From: Girardia tigrina
Taxonomy: Eukaryota
Length of the DNA: 54,351 bases
Direction: 5' to 3'
Assembly (NCBI GenBank): GCA_001938485.1
Contig: MQRK01197567.1
Location: forward strand, 1-54,351
Shown here: in pieces, positions 12,528-25,955 of the stretch
Layout of the letters: each line of letters starts with the position of its first letter
Numbering within the stretch: the first letter of the stretch is position 1
Made by a program: the position numbers and the translations under genes
The notes under the pieces: generated by a model
Told to the model about the DNA's origin: nothing
Database searches by the model: none
What the model saw: only the letters and a program-made list of their open reading frames with translations

Positions 12528-14299
12528 TATTAAACAGCATTACAGAAAATGATGATGAGAATTAAAGCAAATCAGTATTTTGTCGAAAATCCCAATGTTT
12601 TAATAACTTCAAAGCATCTTTTTTGCATTGAATCCACCAAATTTCGACAAACGTCTACCGGAATTTTTTGCCATTCTTCTTTTATTATTTTAAATTTTTC
12701 TTTNNNNNNNNNNNNNNNNNNNNNNNNNNNNNNNNNNNNNNNNNNNNNNNNNNNNNNNNNNNNNNNNNNNNNNNNNNNNNNNNNNNNNNNNNNNNNNNNN
12801 NNNNNNNNNNNNNNNNNNNNNNNNNNNNNNNNNNNNNNNNNNNNNNNNNNNNNNNNNNNNNNNNNNNNNNNNNNNNNNNNNNNNNNNNNNNNNNNNNNNN
12901 NNNNNNNNNNNNNNNNNNNNNNNNNNNNNNNNNNNNNNNNNNNNNNNNNNNNNNNNNNNNNNNNNNNNNNNNNNNNNNNNNNNNNNNNNNNNNNNNNNNN
13001 NNNNNNNNNNNNNNNNNNNNNNNNNNNNNNNNNNNNNNNNNNNNNNNNNNNNNNNNNNNNNNNNNNNNNNNNNNNNNNNNNNNNNNNNNNNNNNNNNNNN
13101 NNNNNNNNNNNNNNNNNNNNNNNNNNNNNNNNNNNNNNNNNNNNNNNNNNNNNNNNNNNNNNNNNNNNNNNNNNNNNNNNNNNNNNNNNNNNNNNNNNNN
13201 NNNNNNNNNNNNNNNNNNNNNNNNNNNNNNNNNNNNNNNNNNNNNNNNNNNNNNNNNNNNNNNNNNNNNNNNNNNNNNNNNNNNNNNNNNNNNNNNNNNN
13301 NNNNNNNNNNNNNNNNNNNNNNNNNNNNNNNNNNNNNNNNNNNNNNNNNNNNNNNNNNNNNNNNNNNNNNNNNNNNNNNNNNNNNNNNNNNNNNNNNNNN
13401 NNNNNNNNNNNNNNNNNNNNNNNNNNNNNNNNNNNNNNNNNNNNNNNNNNNNNNNNNNNNNNNNNNNNNNNNTGAGCGAAATGAATTACAAAAACAGATT
13501 TTATTAAAGAATTTATTGATTTATCGATAATTTAATTTTTTATGAAAGATATCAAACTGTTAAGCTACACATTTTGGCAAAATTTCATTAACATATTTAA
13601 TACCATTCAAGAGATATAGCCAATTTTCACTTCGTCCGGTTATTTTTGAGCGCTACTGTATATCTTTAGGCCTTCATTCCGGGTATTTAATAGGCGCACT
13701 ACGAACTTGTATTGATTTAAAATATTACAGTTTGGGTTTTGTTCCGGATCTCTTTCTTTTTAAAGATTGGATTAACGAAGAATTCGTTTGGATTAACATC
13801 TTCTCTATATAATTTCATATTCTTCAAACCAGTTAAAATATAATCTAAAAATTAATATATAGAAATAACAAAGCATTCTTTCAAACGGTAAGTTGTAAAG
13901 AAAAGTACAAAAAGGTTACAACAATTATACGATTTTCATTAGTAAAAACATTCTCTTAATAATAATAATAATTTTTTAAGAAATTATTTTAGGATTGTGT
14001 TAAAATTATAATTTTTGTTTTACAAAATTATTTTAGTATTTTGATAGTTATTGGAAAGGAAACGACATTAAATTTAGAACCAGAGAACAGAGTTTCTAAG
14101 TGAGCACTATTCAGCCAATGTACTATAAAAGGTCTATTTGAATTAATCGGATAATTCGAAACAATTTCATTTACTGGATTATTATTTATCAAAAAATTGT
14201 AAGAAGATTTAATCATTTTTATTTATTTTTTTTGATTAGTTGACAAATTAATACAGGATGTAAAAAAAATCTTTTTATTATGACGAAAAATAACATTAA

Positions 14300-14620
14300 A
14301 CACTTTTTGAACAATTGAACATATTTTACACGTTTTATTTAATTGACAAATTTTCTTCCAACACCAATTAAACTCGTAATCTTTACAAAACTGCATTGTG
14401 CCAAATTTTTTCATCACAAAACCTGACACGCAAACACAACATTAACCAATCAAATCATACATTTCACATATCATGTATTTTAATCACATTCATTGATTAT
14501 TAGACACACACCAACATGCACACATACATGCATTCATTCAATTGATATATTTTCTTTTCGATAATTACATAATCAACACATGAAACACACATATAACATT
14601 GACCGATAATATTTGTCCTA
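14300..14620 (-). pseudogene. Degenerate Cys-rich, EGF-like repeat coding fragment
   Basis: GQCYMCVSC..LNEC..CLIINECD..KC..CVCVSGFVMKKFGTMQFCKD..C..IC..TC: spacing and the CxCxxGF and INECD motifs resemble calcium-binding EGF repeats. Stops are present. Confidence 0.4.
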
Positions 14621-16435
14621 TTATACAATTAAAATGAACTTAATTCAAATTGATTTTAATCAAAATTACGATTAAAACCGGTGTAAATGCAGTTCAACCC
14701 AAAAATTAAATATACCTTCACAAAACCATGTGAACGTGTTGGTTTAATTATTTATTTTAATTTAATTAATATTTTTTTAATTAAGTTTTATCAACTATTA
14801 ATTATTTTACTTTCAGTTATTTAAATTAGTTATATTATTAATTATATATTTTATTTAATTTATTTATGGTTCTCCTAAACTGGCAAAATGTTCGATCAAA
14901 CCGGCTAATTTCCTCTCCAGTTATAGAAAGTGTCGAGTCGAGCATCGTTAATTAGGTAATGTTGACCTAAAATCAAAATTCAAGCAGCTGTATCAATCAG
15001 CTTGTTAAGAATTTTCGATTACCGAGATTTCATGTCATCGATTACAAATAACAATTTTGCACTTATATACAGTTGAATTAAATAATAAGTCAGTAACGAT
15101 GACGATTAATCCGTCGCAAGATGTTCGTCCTTAAAAAACGTTTTTATAATTGATGAATTTTTTTTCATAAAAAATTTTCATCCGGTTCGAAAAATTTAAA
15201 TAATTTAATTATTCAAATTTTATTTAATTTTTTATTTTGTTTTATTATTTTAACTTAAAATTGTTATAAAAATTTGAGATTTTTTTAATTGAATTAATTA
15301 TATTATATAATCAATATTTTGTACACTTTATTTTATTTATTTTTTTGTAATTTAAGATTTCTTGATGAAAAGTTTTCTTCAGCAATATTTTTCATCAATT
15401 TATTAATGATTTTCAGACGAACTTTAAACAAAATTGGTTTTCCTGTTTTTTAAAAAAAGGTTAAGACTAAAATTAGCTGAATTCATATGAATCACACGTG
15501 TAGGAGAGGTACAACGCCATGTAGAACTACTGATTAATTAAAACAAAAAATTAACAATTCATGTCATTAATTAAACATATTCAGAAATATTTTAAGTGGC
15601 GGTAAAATATATATCGCTTTTTATTTTTATTTGGAATAAAATATAATATAAAAATATAATTATTTCTTTCTTATTGAGATTTGTTTTCCGTGCTTTCATT
15701 GATTATTATATATTGATGTATGAGGTGTGGTTCCATTTTTCCTGTTATAATGGCTTCCTTGTTTGGAAATATATCAAGGTTAATGTATTGTTTTATAGGT
15801 AGATCTACTTATTGATGTTTCTTCAGAATTTCGAGTGAGTTATTGACTCAAATTAACTGTTCAGAGTGTTTTCTAAAAGTGGAAGTGTGTGGTTTTATAT
15901 TTCGCACATCGCGTGTTCCAAAAGTATTTTATTACTTCACAATATGTCCTCGATCGTAATAATAAATTATTAGTATCCTTTGATCCATTTTGCTAAGACA
16001 GCATTTGTACAAGCTATTTTGACCTAGGAACACTCGTATTGATTAAAATATCGTTGCGACCCCTTGGTAAACGGTGAACATTTTTTCAATCCTCAACGTA
16101 GATATACTGAACTAAAATACATAATTTTCATTATTTAACACATTAATAAGTCCAAGAACCGTTATTCATAGTGACATGGCTAAAGTTTTATATTGATAAA
16201 TATTAACCTATTGCAACATTAATAAAAATACATAATTTCTTTAAACAAAGCACTATTTACTTTTGACAAATAATAAAATTAAATTATTGAAATAAATATT
16301 TTTAGTAACGTTGATTTCATGAATATAATTGTCAATCAATTGTTGTGTAAAAAACACTCAAAAATTAAACCGGCGAATCACTGGCTTAATCGCTTAGTGC
16401 AAAAATGACATTGACCGGCTTTTTGTTAGGATGCA

Positions 16436-16985
16436 TTAATGTGAAGTATGAGCTTTTAAAGATCTCATGATAATTTATACATCTGGATTTATGTTGGAAA
16501 TTGTAAAGCCGTCAGTCATCCCCTTGATCTAATCGAGATCGGTATTTTATTTAAACAGCCATTAATTTGGGAAGACCAGCTTCACATAAGTAGGTTGGTA
16601 CAAATTGTATCGAAATGCTTACCGCTTACTTCTTTAAATTTATGTATTCATTTTCAAATGATAACCAACATTTTGACAACTAAAAGACAAATTTATTTCG
16701 CAATATTTTGTCTCTTGAAATATCGATTATCTGTTCCTTTTCGTGGTATTGGAATTCATAATATCAATAGAAAATGAGTCGCGGATCCAACCTAATTCCT
16801 TTTTCTGAAATTTTCAAATCTTTTAAAAGTTTTTTGATCAGTTTATTTTATGTGGAGACATGTTTTTAAATAACTTGACATATATATTATTTTCTTTGGC
16901 TAATTCTGAATTTTAATTTGGCGACCCCAAAACAATTTTTTTGCTATCCCTTGGGGGTCTCGAACCTCAGTTTGTGAATCGCCTA
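16436..16985 (-). mobile_element. hAT Buster/Charlie transposon relic (C-terminal dimerisation region plus one terminus)
   Basis: EKEQIIDISRDKILRNKF..W..NEY..PTYLCEAGLPKL..KYRSRLDQGDD*RL..INPD..AHTSH* matches the Buster C-terminus. A Charlie-like terminus GGGGTCTCGAACCTCAGTTTGTGAATCGCCT lies at about 16953-16985. Confidence 0.85.
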
Positions 16986-17327
16986 CCTAGGAGATTATAA
17001 GTAGAACATCTATTGCATTTTTTTTGACAAAAGTTATAGTTCTAAAAGATAACATAAAAATGATATTGTTGGGGTTCCAAATGTGTTCCGTGGATCTCGT
17101 GGAACGACCCGATTGATCGCGCACTAAAATGCGACAACGCAAGATTTGCTAGCCGATCGCTAAGTCTTACCGTATTTTGGTGGCGTTCATACTTTCGAAG
17201 GGTCGCCACCATACCCGCACGCACCGTGATCCAGACGATGAAGGATCGTGGTTCGGTCACTCGCGACAAATCGAAAGCGCCATCCCCGGAACGATCAACC
17301 GAATTGATCGCCTGGTGGTTGTTTTCG

Positions 17328-17600
17328 TCACGGATTTTCGACAACAAATTTTTCGGAATCGTTCTGGAGCCTCACATACCGTTGTCTTTTTACATTTTGC
17401 ATATGAACCTGTGGATGAACAACCAATTTCGCGCTCCACCACGACGGAATCTTCGAGAAGCACGATATTCGATCCTCATTCCCCGTCAAATAGTACCCAT
17501 ACGCCATCGATTTAAATGCCCACTTCCCCATTCCTTTCAAACAGTACTCGATCAAAAACTGCTCTTCGTTGCCGACTTCTTCGATCTCACACGTTAATGT
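17328..17600 (-). pseudogene. Fascin (singed-like, beta-trefoil actin-bundling protein) gene fragment
   Basis: TLTCEIEEVGNEEQFLIEYCLKGMGKWAFKSMAYGYYLTGNEDRISCFSKIPSWWSAKLVVHPQVHMQNVKRQRYVRL..NP* follows fascin (VTC..E..F.IE...GRWA.KS..GYY.GG.ED...CF....W...LA.HPQV......KRYA.L..PW). There is no start codon, and fascin similarity ends at the TGA. Confidence 0.8.
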
Positions 17601-18399
17601 TAAATTTTTATTCGAATTTCACCCTTATGTTTTGGAAATTTCTTACAAAATCGCCCGATTACTTTTATATTTTAAAAACGGTTGATCGAAATGTTAATTA
17701 TCATTTAGTTACTGTCTACTAAATTTGAGTCATTCGGGAAGGATAATGATTCAGCAATGTTTTAATAAATTATAATCATAACTTTTGCTAATTAACAATG
17801 TACTTTATGGTTGCCATCACGGAGTCTTCATTTACATGCGCTGTACTTTGGCCTGACTTCCCAACCTTACTCCACCGGAAAAGTACCGGTAAATAACTCC
17901 CTCATTTTTTATCTTTTCATTTAAATTTTATAAAATGTCTATATAACTTGTTATTCAAACGATAAAACCAAGGAATCTTTAATCCTCTGACTTCAATTTT
18001 TTAATCGAAATTCCTTCAAAACAAAAGGGACAAATAAAACTGTTGACCAAAACTTAATTTGGCAGAAAATAGATTACAGATGTTTTACATTGAAAATAAT
18101 ATGAGACATGCATTTAAATTTAAGAGAAAACTTTTAAAAATTCAAAAATGTATGATAAACGTATAAATAAATTTGATAACAAATAAATAAAAGAACACAA
18201 TGACAATTAAAATCTCAGTTATTAATCAAATTCAAGGGTTTTATCGTCATCTTCATAACTTTGTAGTTGTAACAATAATGAACATAGAAGAAGAAAAATG
18301 CAGTCCTCTCATCACCCTTGACTGAAATGTTAGCAAAAGTACCCGACGGAAGTTGTGCAGTTTCTTATCTCACTCGCCCCGGACGTTTTTAATGACAGG

Positions 18400-18540
18400 G
18401 TGATAAGTACTCTTTCTGCCAACAGTTGGTTCTCAAGGTATCTAGTACATAGGTCCAAAATTATTGTCAGCCTTCGCGAGAAAAAATGACTTCTCCAGGA
18501 ATTTTAAAAAGGAATTTTAACTCCCTCATCGACATTAATT
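18400..18540 (+). mobile_element. Possible pogo/Tigger CENP-B HTH relic
   Basis: LSANSWFSRYLVHRSKIIVSLREK resembles FxASxGWFxRFKxR...LHGE. Confidence 0.3.
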
Positions 18541-20199
18541 ACAGAGACCCAAACTGCTATCGAGAACAATTATAATATATTTACTTAGCCAAAAATTTCT
18601 GCATATGACCATTCCAGATTTAAAGTGCCCCCAGTGAAAATTTCTTTAGAATAACAGTAATATGAAATTTAAATTTTTTACTAATATAATAAATTTATAT
18701 AAATACGAATACTTAAAAAAATAATTTTTTAAAAAAAAATTTTAACACGTATTTATTAACTCACTGTCGTCTTTGTCTGTTTGTAATAAATAAATTTTCG
18801 GATTCTTCATTTTATTTGGTTCTATTTTTGTCATAAGAAATTTTGAAAAATCATTATTGGTTTTATATACTTTTCACTTTTTTCCCATAATTTTCCCTTG
18901 TTAAAACGCAACATTTTGTTAGTTAAGGTTGCGGAAACGGCGTTCCGAAGACCAGGCTAACCAATTCAGCAATACGCACCGAATTAATCAATCAAAACGT
19001 TTGGAGTCGGACCTATAAGTTCGGGATTCCGCCCTAATCACCAAGTTTCACCGTGCAAAAACCCTAATTGACTGGTCATTTTGTCACACCAACCGGCTCG
19101 ATGAGAACACTATTTTGAGTTTGATGACCCAAAATATCTTCTCTTAATCGTTTAAATTGTTGAAAATTGTGATCTATTCATCGTGAAAATCAAGATTTCA
19201 GCACAGTCCTATTGATTATAAAATCTAAGTTCGAATGGTACTCCGATATGCAATGAATTATTTTTGTAAAAAAAAGATTTTTTACAACCACATTTTTATT
19301 GGGACTTAAAGGACTATAATAAAATAAATATAGAATTTTTTTTTGAAGTACGTAGTGAGACTAACATAGCACTCACTTTTTATTTATAACAACATGTCCA
19401 GCACACTAGTTCTTCCAGGGTTAAATTCATGGATACTGTTTTTTATTGTAGTCGTTGAAGAACTTTCATCACTGTTGGGAACGTTCATAAAATAAAATTT
19501 TTGAATGTCATGAAATTATTAGATAAACAATTGCATTCCATAAAATATTGTTATAAATATGTTAAAATAGATTTTCAGAAATTTAATATAAAAAATTAAT
19601 TTAAATAAGAAATAAAATAAATTTTACGGTAGGGTTATTAAAAGATTTATGTAAAGATTTATTATAAAAAAAGTAATTTCAAATTTATTTATTTGAAATA
19701 AAATAAAAGTAATTTAAGTTTGATATTTTTATTTTCGAAATAATAAAATAAGCAAACTAAACTAATTTTTGCAACTTTTAAATCAAAGTAAATTTAAAAT
19801 GTGGTTATAATTTTTTTGGAAAATGTAATTATAATTTTTTTATTGGAAATTAAAAAAATTAGAATTAAAAGTAATTGAAAACCCTTAAATTGACTTAAAT
19901 AAAAAATGCGATTTGAATTTTTTTTGGAAATGTAATTGAAAAATAGTTAAATTTAAATGTACTATAAAATTGAAAAATTAATAAGAGACGCAATAAAATT
20001 TTTGTGACAAAATTTTAATTTACTATAATTTTTATTAAAGAAAATATAAATTTTTAATTTGTAAAAAAATATACAAATCATATTTTTATTTATACATATT
20101 TCTATTTATATTGGTTGTGTAAAAAAGAAAATACAAAAGTTCCTCAAAAAATATGTTTAAAAAATTCTAATTGTTATAGAAATAAATTTTGGTGTTCGT

Positions 20200-20310
20200 T
20201 ATGATGTCTTGTGAGCAAGAATCCAATAATCACCATAAACACCATTCAGTTCCAATTGGATTTCATCCCGATTTTTACCTTTCTAAAACAAGAAGCGAAT
20301 AACACTACAA
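20200..20310 (-). mobile_element. Mariner transposase N-terminal relic
   Basis: SVIRFLF*KGKNRDEIQLELNGVYGD matches the mariner N-terminal HTH (IRFLxxKG...EI...L..VYGD). Confidence 0.55.
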
Positions 20311-22564
20311 CGTTGAACGCTTTTAAATTTAATTTATAAAATAACGCAATAATCTAATAAGAAATAATGACAGATTAAAACAAAATTGATAAAAGTATAT
20401 ATACATATATACGACTTTACTTCATTAAAGTGTTATTTGATTTTCATTCAGATTTTTAAATTAAGTTCACTACTTATTGGGCGCACCACGTATGTTTTAG
20501 AATGGACTAATATGATGTCACCTTAAATAAATCAGTGAAATACGCTCCACGGTTATAGTTATGAACAAATGTATTTCTGCTGATTTCTTTTATATAAGAA
20601 AATTTATTTTATTGTTTTGAGTCCATTCAAAAACGTAATTACTTAAAAAATTTTCTATTTTTATTTTATTTACTAATATGTAATAAATGAATAGATGTAA
20701 TTCATTTCTCGATGTCATCATGAATTATTTGAAGTTTTGATTAGTCGAAACTTTCTTAGCCAAATCAAACTAGAACCAATGTTAAGATCCTCTTATTTTG
20801 TCCATATGAGCAACATCACAATTTGAGTGTGAACATTTATTAACTGCACACACCGATTCTTTACAGCCATTATCAGTGAGCATTTCTTTGCTTTAAATAG
20901 TTTTTGTTCATGTATTCCAATCTAAAAATTAATTAATGGGACACGTTGAATATTAACTTTTAATTTCTCAATAATATATCAATCCCATCTGAGCAGGGGA
21001 GTCACAAATCAAAACAGCATACAAACAAAAAACTTATACAATTCTGAATTTTCCCATACAGTCCTATTAGTAATATATATATATATATATTAATATTCTT
21101 ACTTTATTAACAAAAAAGTTTAAAATTGAAAAAAATATATTTCTAAAAAATCCATTTCCAAATATTTATTTTCTTTGATTTTTTTTGCAAATGTTATAAC
21201 AATCATAAAAGGACAGATGTTTTTGAGCTGAGACGATTCGTATTTATAAAATTGAGACAGGAATCTAAACTTCCCGATAATATCATGATATTATATATAT
21301 GTATACACTGTCTTATTAAGTATGGCATTAATTATTTTGGCAACAAGGATACCCAGCCGAGAGTGAGGTGGAATCAATCCTAAATGAGTTGGGCTTTTGA
21401 GAGCCTGCAGACAGGATGCACTTTAGAGTCCATTTTTTCTTTGTCAACCGAACGATTTGATATAATTATATTTGCTAAAATGAAATTTATCAATAATTTT
21501 ATTTAATTAGGACTGAAATTTTGTGAGTTTGTGTTTCACTGTCATTAAATAAAAAATAAATAATTTAGAGTTTCAAGCTCGTTTTGTGTATGAAAAAGAA
21601 TTGTTAATCTTTTGCAATTTGAAAATTAATCTTTTTTGAGGTAGAATTTAGAAATGAGTTTGAAGAATAGGTTTTTTTTGAAGAATATAGGTTTTTGTGT
21701 TATTAAAACAGTTATGTTTTTCAATTAATTTTTTAATGATAATTTCATTTGGTTGCTGCTAAAAAAATTTAGTTCCATTGATTCGGATATAGTTTGTGCA
21801 ATTTTTTTATTCCTTTCAAATGTGAATTTAGAAATATGTTTATTGAATTAAGAAAATGTTGTAATTAATTTTTTTTATGAATAATTGAATCACTATAAAG
21901 ATAAATTGAGGATATTTAAATGTTGTGTTTCTTTGTTCATTCACAACAACTCAAAATCCGAAATTCGAAGCCAAATAGCAAATCTGGAAAGAAAATTTGG
22001 AATTAATTATGCTTGAAAAGAGCACGTTAAACATTTTCAAAATTTAATTTTGTTTAAATAATTTATGCAAGTTTCCTTTTTTAGATGGGTTATTGTATAA
22101 ATCCAAATATATATATNNNNNNNNNNNNNNNNNNNNNNNNNNNNNNNNNNNNNNNNNNNNNNNNNNNNNNNNNNNNNNNNNNNNNNNNNNNNNNNNNNNN
22201 NNNNNTATAAATAACCGATACACTGCACACACGACACACACTTTTACGCGCACACAATATTTTAAAAACACCTACCTTTATTCTATTTGATTACATTTTG
22301 CACAATCACTATTTGCTATCATTTCATATACCAATTCGAATATTTTATTTAATTTTGATTGTGGAAGAACCCCGAATGAGGTAGTAATTGCCGTTTCATT
22401 GTCTTTATTATTTTTATTTTTTGATTTTGTCTGTTTCATTAATTTCATTCTTTTATTTTATTGAATTAATTACGTTAATTGCGGCAATTCTGTTATATAA
22501 CATATATATTTATTTATTAATATACAATCATTTCTTTATTGATTATAAAATCATTTCATTACCT

Positions 22565-22720
22565 TACAGCGTTAGTGAGGCAGTGAGGCAGGCAGTGAGT
22601 TACTTGGGCTTTTATAATATAAAAAAAATTGAACCCCCGGCAAGAGAGGGCCGCGAAGCGGGCCGAGCGAGCTAGTATATAATATTTGTCTAAAAAGTGT
22701 TTGTTTGTCGGTCACGCTTT
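22565..22720. mobile_element. Cluster of Helitron-like termini
   Basis: The GC hairpin CCGC-GAA-GCGG (22651-22661) is followed about 10 nt later by CTAG|T (22672-22675), the canonical Helitron 3' end. It is flanked by a 5'-like TATATTATAAAAG..(CTCACTGC)n on the minus strand and by AAAAGTGTTTGTTTGTC on the plus strand. Confidence 0.6.
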
Positions 22721-22728
22721 TTAATGTG

Positions 22729-23249
22729 AAATTGCGGAGGAACCGGTGTGAATCCATTTAAGTACATGGTCAATCTGTATAGCTCGCATCGATACAATTC
22801 TGTCGGTGTAGCGCTTTGGCGGAAAGACACTCGGAAGTCGATGAAATCGATCGAAAATCGTACAAGTCTTTAAATGGTTAATTTAACACTGATTTTGAAT
22901 GATGAGTTTAAGGATTTCTACAAGGAATTTCGTGAAAATTTTTATGAAAATACTAATTAAATACCAATTTATTTGATAAATAACGATTTTCATCACTTAT
23001 TTACTAATTATATTGCTAAAAATCAATTATGTATAAAATATACATTTTCATGATTAAAAATAATACCAACAAATAAAATGAAAAATTGCAGAGGAACCGG
23101 AGGGAATCCATTTAAGTACATGGTCAATCTGGATAGCTTGCATCAATACAACTCTGTCGGTGTAACGCGTTGGTGGAAAGACACTCGGAAGTCGATGAAA
23201 TCGATCGAAAACCGTACAAGTCGTTAAATGGTTAAGTTAACACCGATTT
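22729..23249 (+). repeat. ~165-bp direct repeat (22729-22895 and 23084-23249)
   Basis: Two diverged copies starting AAATTGC(G/A)GAGGAACCGG, with no gap between them. Confidence 0.85.
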
Positions 23250-24784
23250 CAAAACGTGCCAGCATTGTTTTTAGGTGGGGCCTATTTCGAATATTATCAT
23301 GAATTTTATTTAATTAATTTAAATTATCCCCTAACGAATCTTGAGGAAAATTACCAGGGGACCGATATCAAAGTTTAATTATCATATATTTAATTTAATC
23401 ATTTAATTATTTAATTTAATCATTTAATTTCATTTAAGTTATTTAAAATCATTTATTAAAAAAATTATTAAATTTAACTAAAAAATTTAAATAAAGGATT
23501 TTTTTGAAACAAAATTTAAGAATTATTCAAAAATTATAAGATGTTTACTAAAAAAATTATGAAAATTTTTTTTAATATTTTTTAAAATTAAAATAATTAT
23601 AAATTCGGTCTGAAATGTTTCCGTACTTCAAATAGTAAAAAAAATAAAATTAAATTGGACAACACTGTTTCACATACATAATTTCAAAAAATCATCAATT
23701 AATGACTCCAATATTAAAATCGAGAAATTCGAAGATGTTAAAACATCATTGTAATCAGATAATCAGCAATCCTGAGACATAACATGGTATCATACGGATG
23801 GATTCAACTGGTAGTCCAAAAGCATGTTCTCCTCGCTTAGGAATGATGCCCGAGAGCACGCAGGTAAACTTAAACTTTATTATGGTCAATTTGTCCCATA
23901 ATTCAGGACATTACATAACCAGTACAAACTAAATTATTTAGAAAGGCGATAGAATATCAAAAAGATATGTGAAGGAAGACCTAATTCACACAAAAGTAAT
24001 TCAAACATAACATTAAGGTAACCTTAAACGAATTATATACACATATACCGGTTAAGAAAGATTTAAAGGAAAAAATTGAAAAGCGCAAATATTTCACCAA
24101 TATACCATATTCTGAAGAATTTATAGAATTTCAGAAGAGTATTTATATAAATAAAACGTGATAGTATCAACGCAATTTCATGTTCAAGTTGGGTTTAATC
24201 TAAATGAACTCGGAAATAATCAAAATAATTTAGGAAATATTCAGAAGCATTTCGGAAACATTCAAAAACATTAAAAAAGAAGTCAAAATCATTGTAAGAA
24301 TTATCCATTAAAAGTCGGAAATCGAAAGCAACGTTTATTTTAAATCACAATTAAATTATGAGCGTAACTAATAATTACGTTGATCGATTAAAACAATTTC
24401 AGTAGTTCCCATAATCATATTATGGATCCTTTATGTATTTATAAATAGAGATATGAATTTAAATATAAATAAGTGTTTATATTAATTTAATCATCCTAAC
24501 ACCTCCTTCTTTATCTATATTTATAGATAAAACAACAGATCGATCATGTAGTTTCCGTTTTATTTCATAAGGTCCTTCATAAAGATCTGTTCCTTTCTGT
24601 CTATTCTCTATCTTTACTAGAACTAAATCACCTTTCTCATATTCTCGTCTTTGTGTAACTGATTTATTTGATTTACTTGCTTCAATTTGTTTAATTTTTT
24701 CAATAATATTTTTATTGTCTAAGTCATAGTGACGAGAGCCATCTAATGTTAAAAGTTTTTTATCAAAATTACTTCCGCCGGACT

Positions 24785-25705
24785 GGAGACAGGAAAAAGA
24801 GACCAGGATAAAAGAGACCACGGAAAGAAAAGACCACAATGAGTGAAATTCAAATAAAATTTAGAAAATTATAAAATTAATAGTAAATTTTAGAATAATT
24901 GGTAAATTCAAGTAAAATTTTAGAAAGATTGTTAAATTTAAGTAAAATTTTTGAAAAATTATTAAGTTCAAGTAAATTTTAGAACAATTCAAATAAAATT
25001 TAGAAAAATTAAAAAATTACTAGTAAATTTTAGAAAAATTTAGAAAATTGTGCTCTAACAAAACTGTTATTTAAACAAGTATTTTAAAATATCAATTTTT
25101 ACAGGAGCGCATTACCCCCGTGGTAAAAAATTATTCAAATGAACCTGATAAACTTAAATATTTACGTACACTTGCAAATTTACAGTAAAATATATTGTGA
25201 TTGGTGAGAATCGGCTTTGTTATGATTCAAATACAATAAAAAACAATAACTATTTTCTTCTTATTTTTATTTTTTATATTATTTTTATTCTTTATATTAT
25301 TAAAAAATTTCTAAGCAGAAAAATAAAAATATTTGGTAAAAATAATTATGTAAATGGTCTTAAATCTTCTCAATGGTCTTAAATGGTCTCAATCGTGCAA
25401 AAATTCAATTGATTGTTATTATGTTCATTTATTATTAGAGTTTATTTAAAATATTTACTAATTACTGAAATGTCTCAGTAACTATTTGATTTTTCTAAAA
25501 TTGACTTGAATTTTTTTATTTTTCTAAATTTTATTGGAATTTTTCTAAAATTTACTTGAATTTAATAATTTTTCTAAAATTTTACTTGAGTATATAAATT
25601 TTTCTAAAATTTTACTTCAATTTACCAATTTTTCTGAAATTTACTAGTAATTTTTTAATTTTTCTAAATTTTATTTGAATTTCACTAACTGTGGTTTCTT
25701 TTTAC
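24785..25705. mobile_element. MULE-like MITE with long TIRs built of ~30-bp subrepeats, inserted in the Gypsy integrase
   Basis: About 24830-25040 is inversely repeated at about 25490-25705. The flanks (minus strand) AGTCCTGG and AGTCCGGC form a degenerate target duplication, and the integrase frame GVSP|SPAEVI rejoins across the insertion. Confidence 0.7.
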
Positions 25706-25955
25706 CCAGGACTTACCCCAGGGGAGCTTTATCTGGACACATTACTGCTAAATTCAATTTCTGGGAGAATATAAACCCAGTTTGAACTTCCTCTATCTTT
25801 CAAAGTTACGTTCAGTGCATCTCGGATATTAATAAATTGACGTTCTATTATACCGTTTGATCTGTGACGATATGGACTGGAAAAGTGAATTGTAATTAAC
25901 ATAGATTTAGAATATTCTTTAAAAATTTTTGACTCGAAGACTCTCCCTCGACCTA

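Larger units (their letters stand above)
11553..13658. mobile_element. Tc1-like non-autonomous element with ~120-bp TIRs and nested insertions
   Basis: 11553-11673 is the near-perfect reverse complement of about 13535-13654. The right end is GCGCTACTG|TA. The left end abuts a gap and a TA microsatellite. Confidence 0.8.

Noticed and set aside
12549-13507. Long ORFs in the track
   Set aside because: They are artefacts of translating through N gaps.
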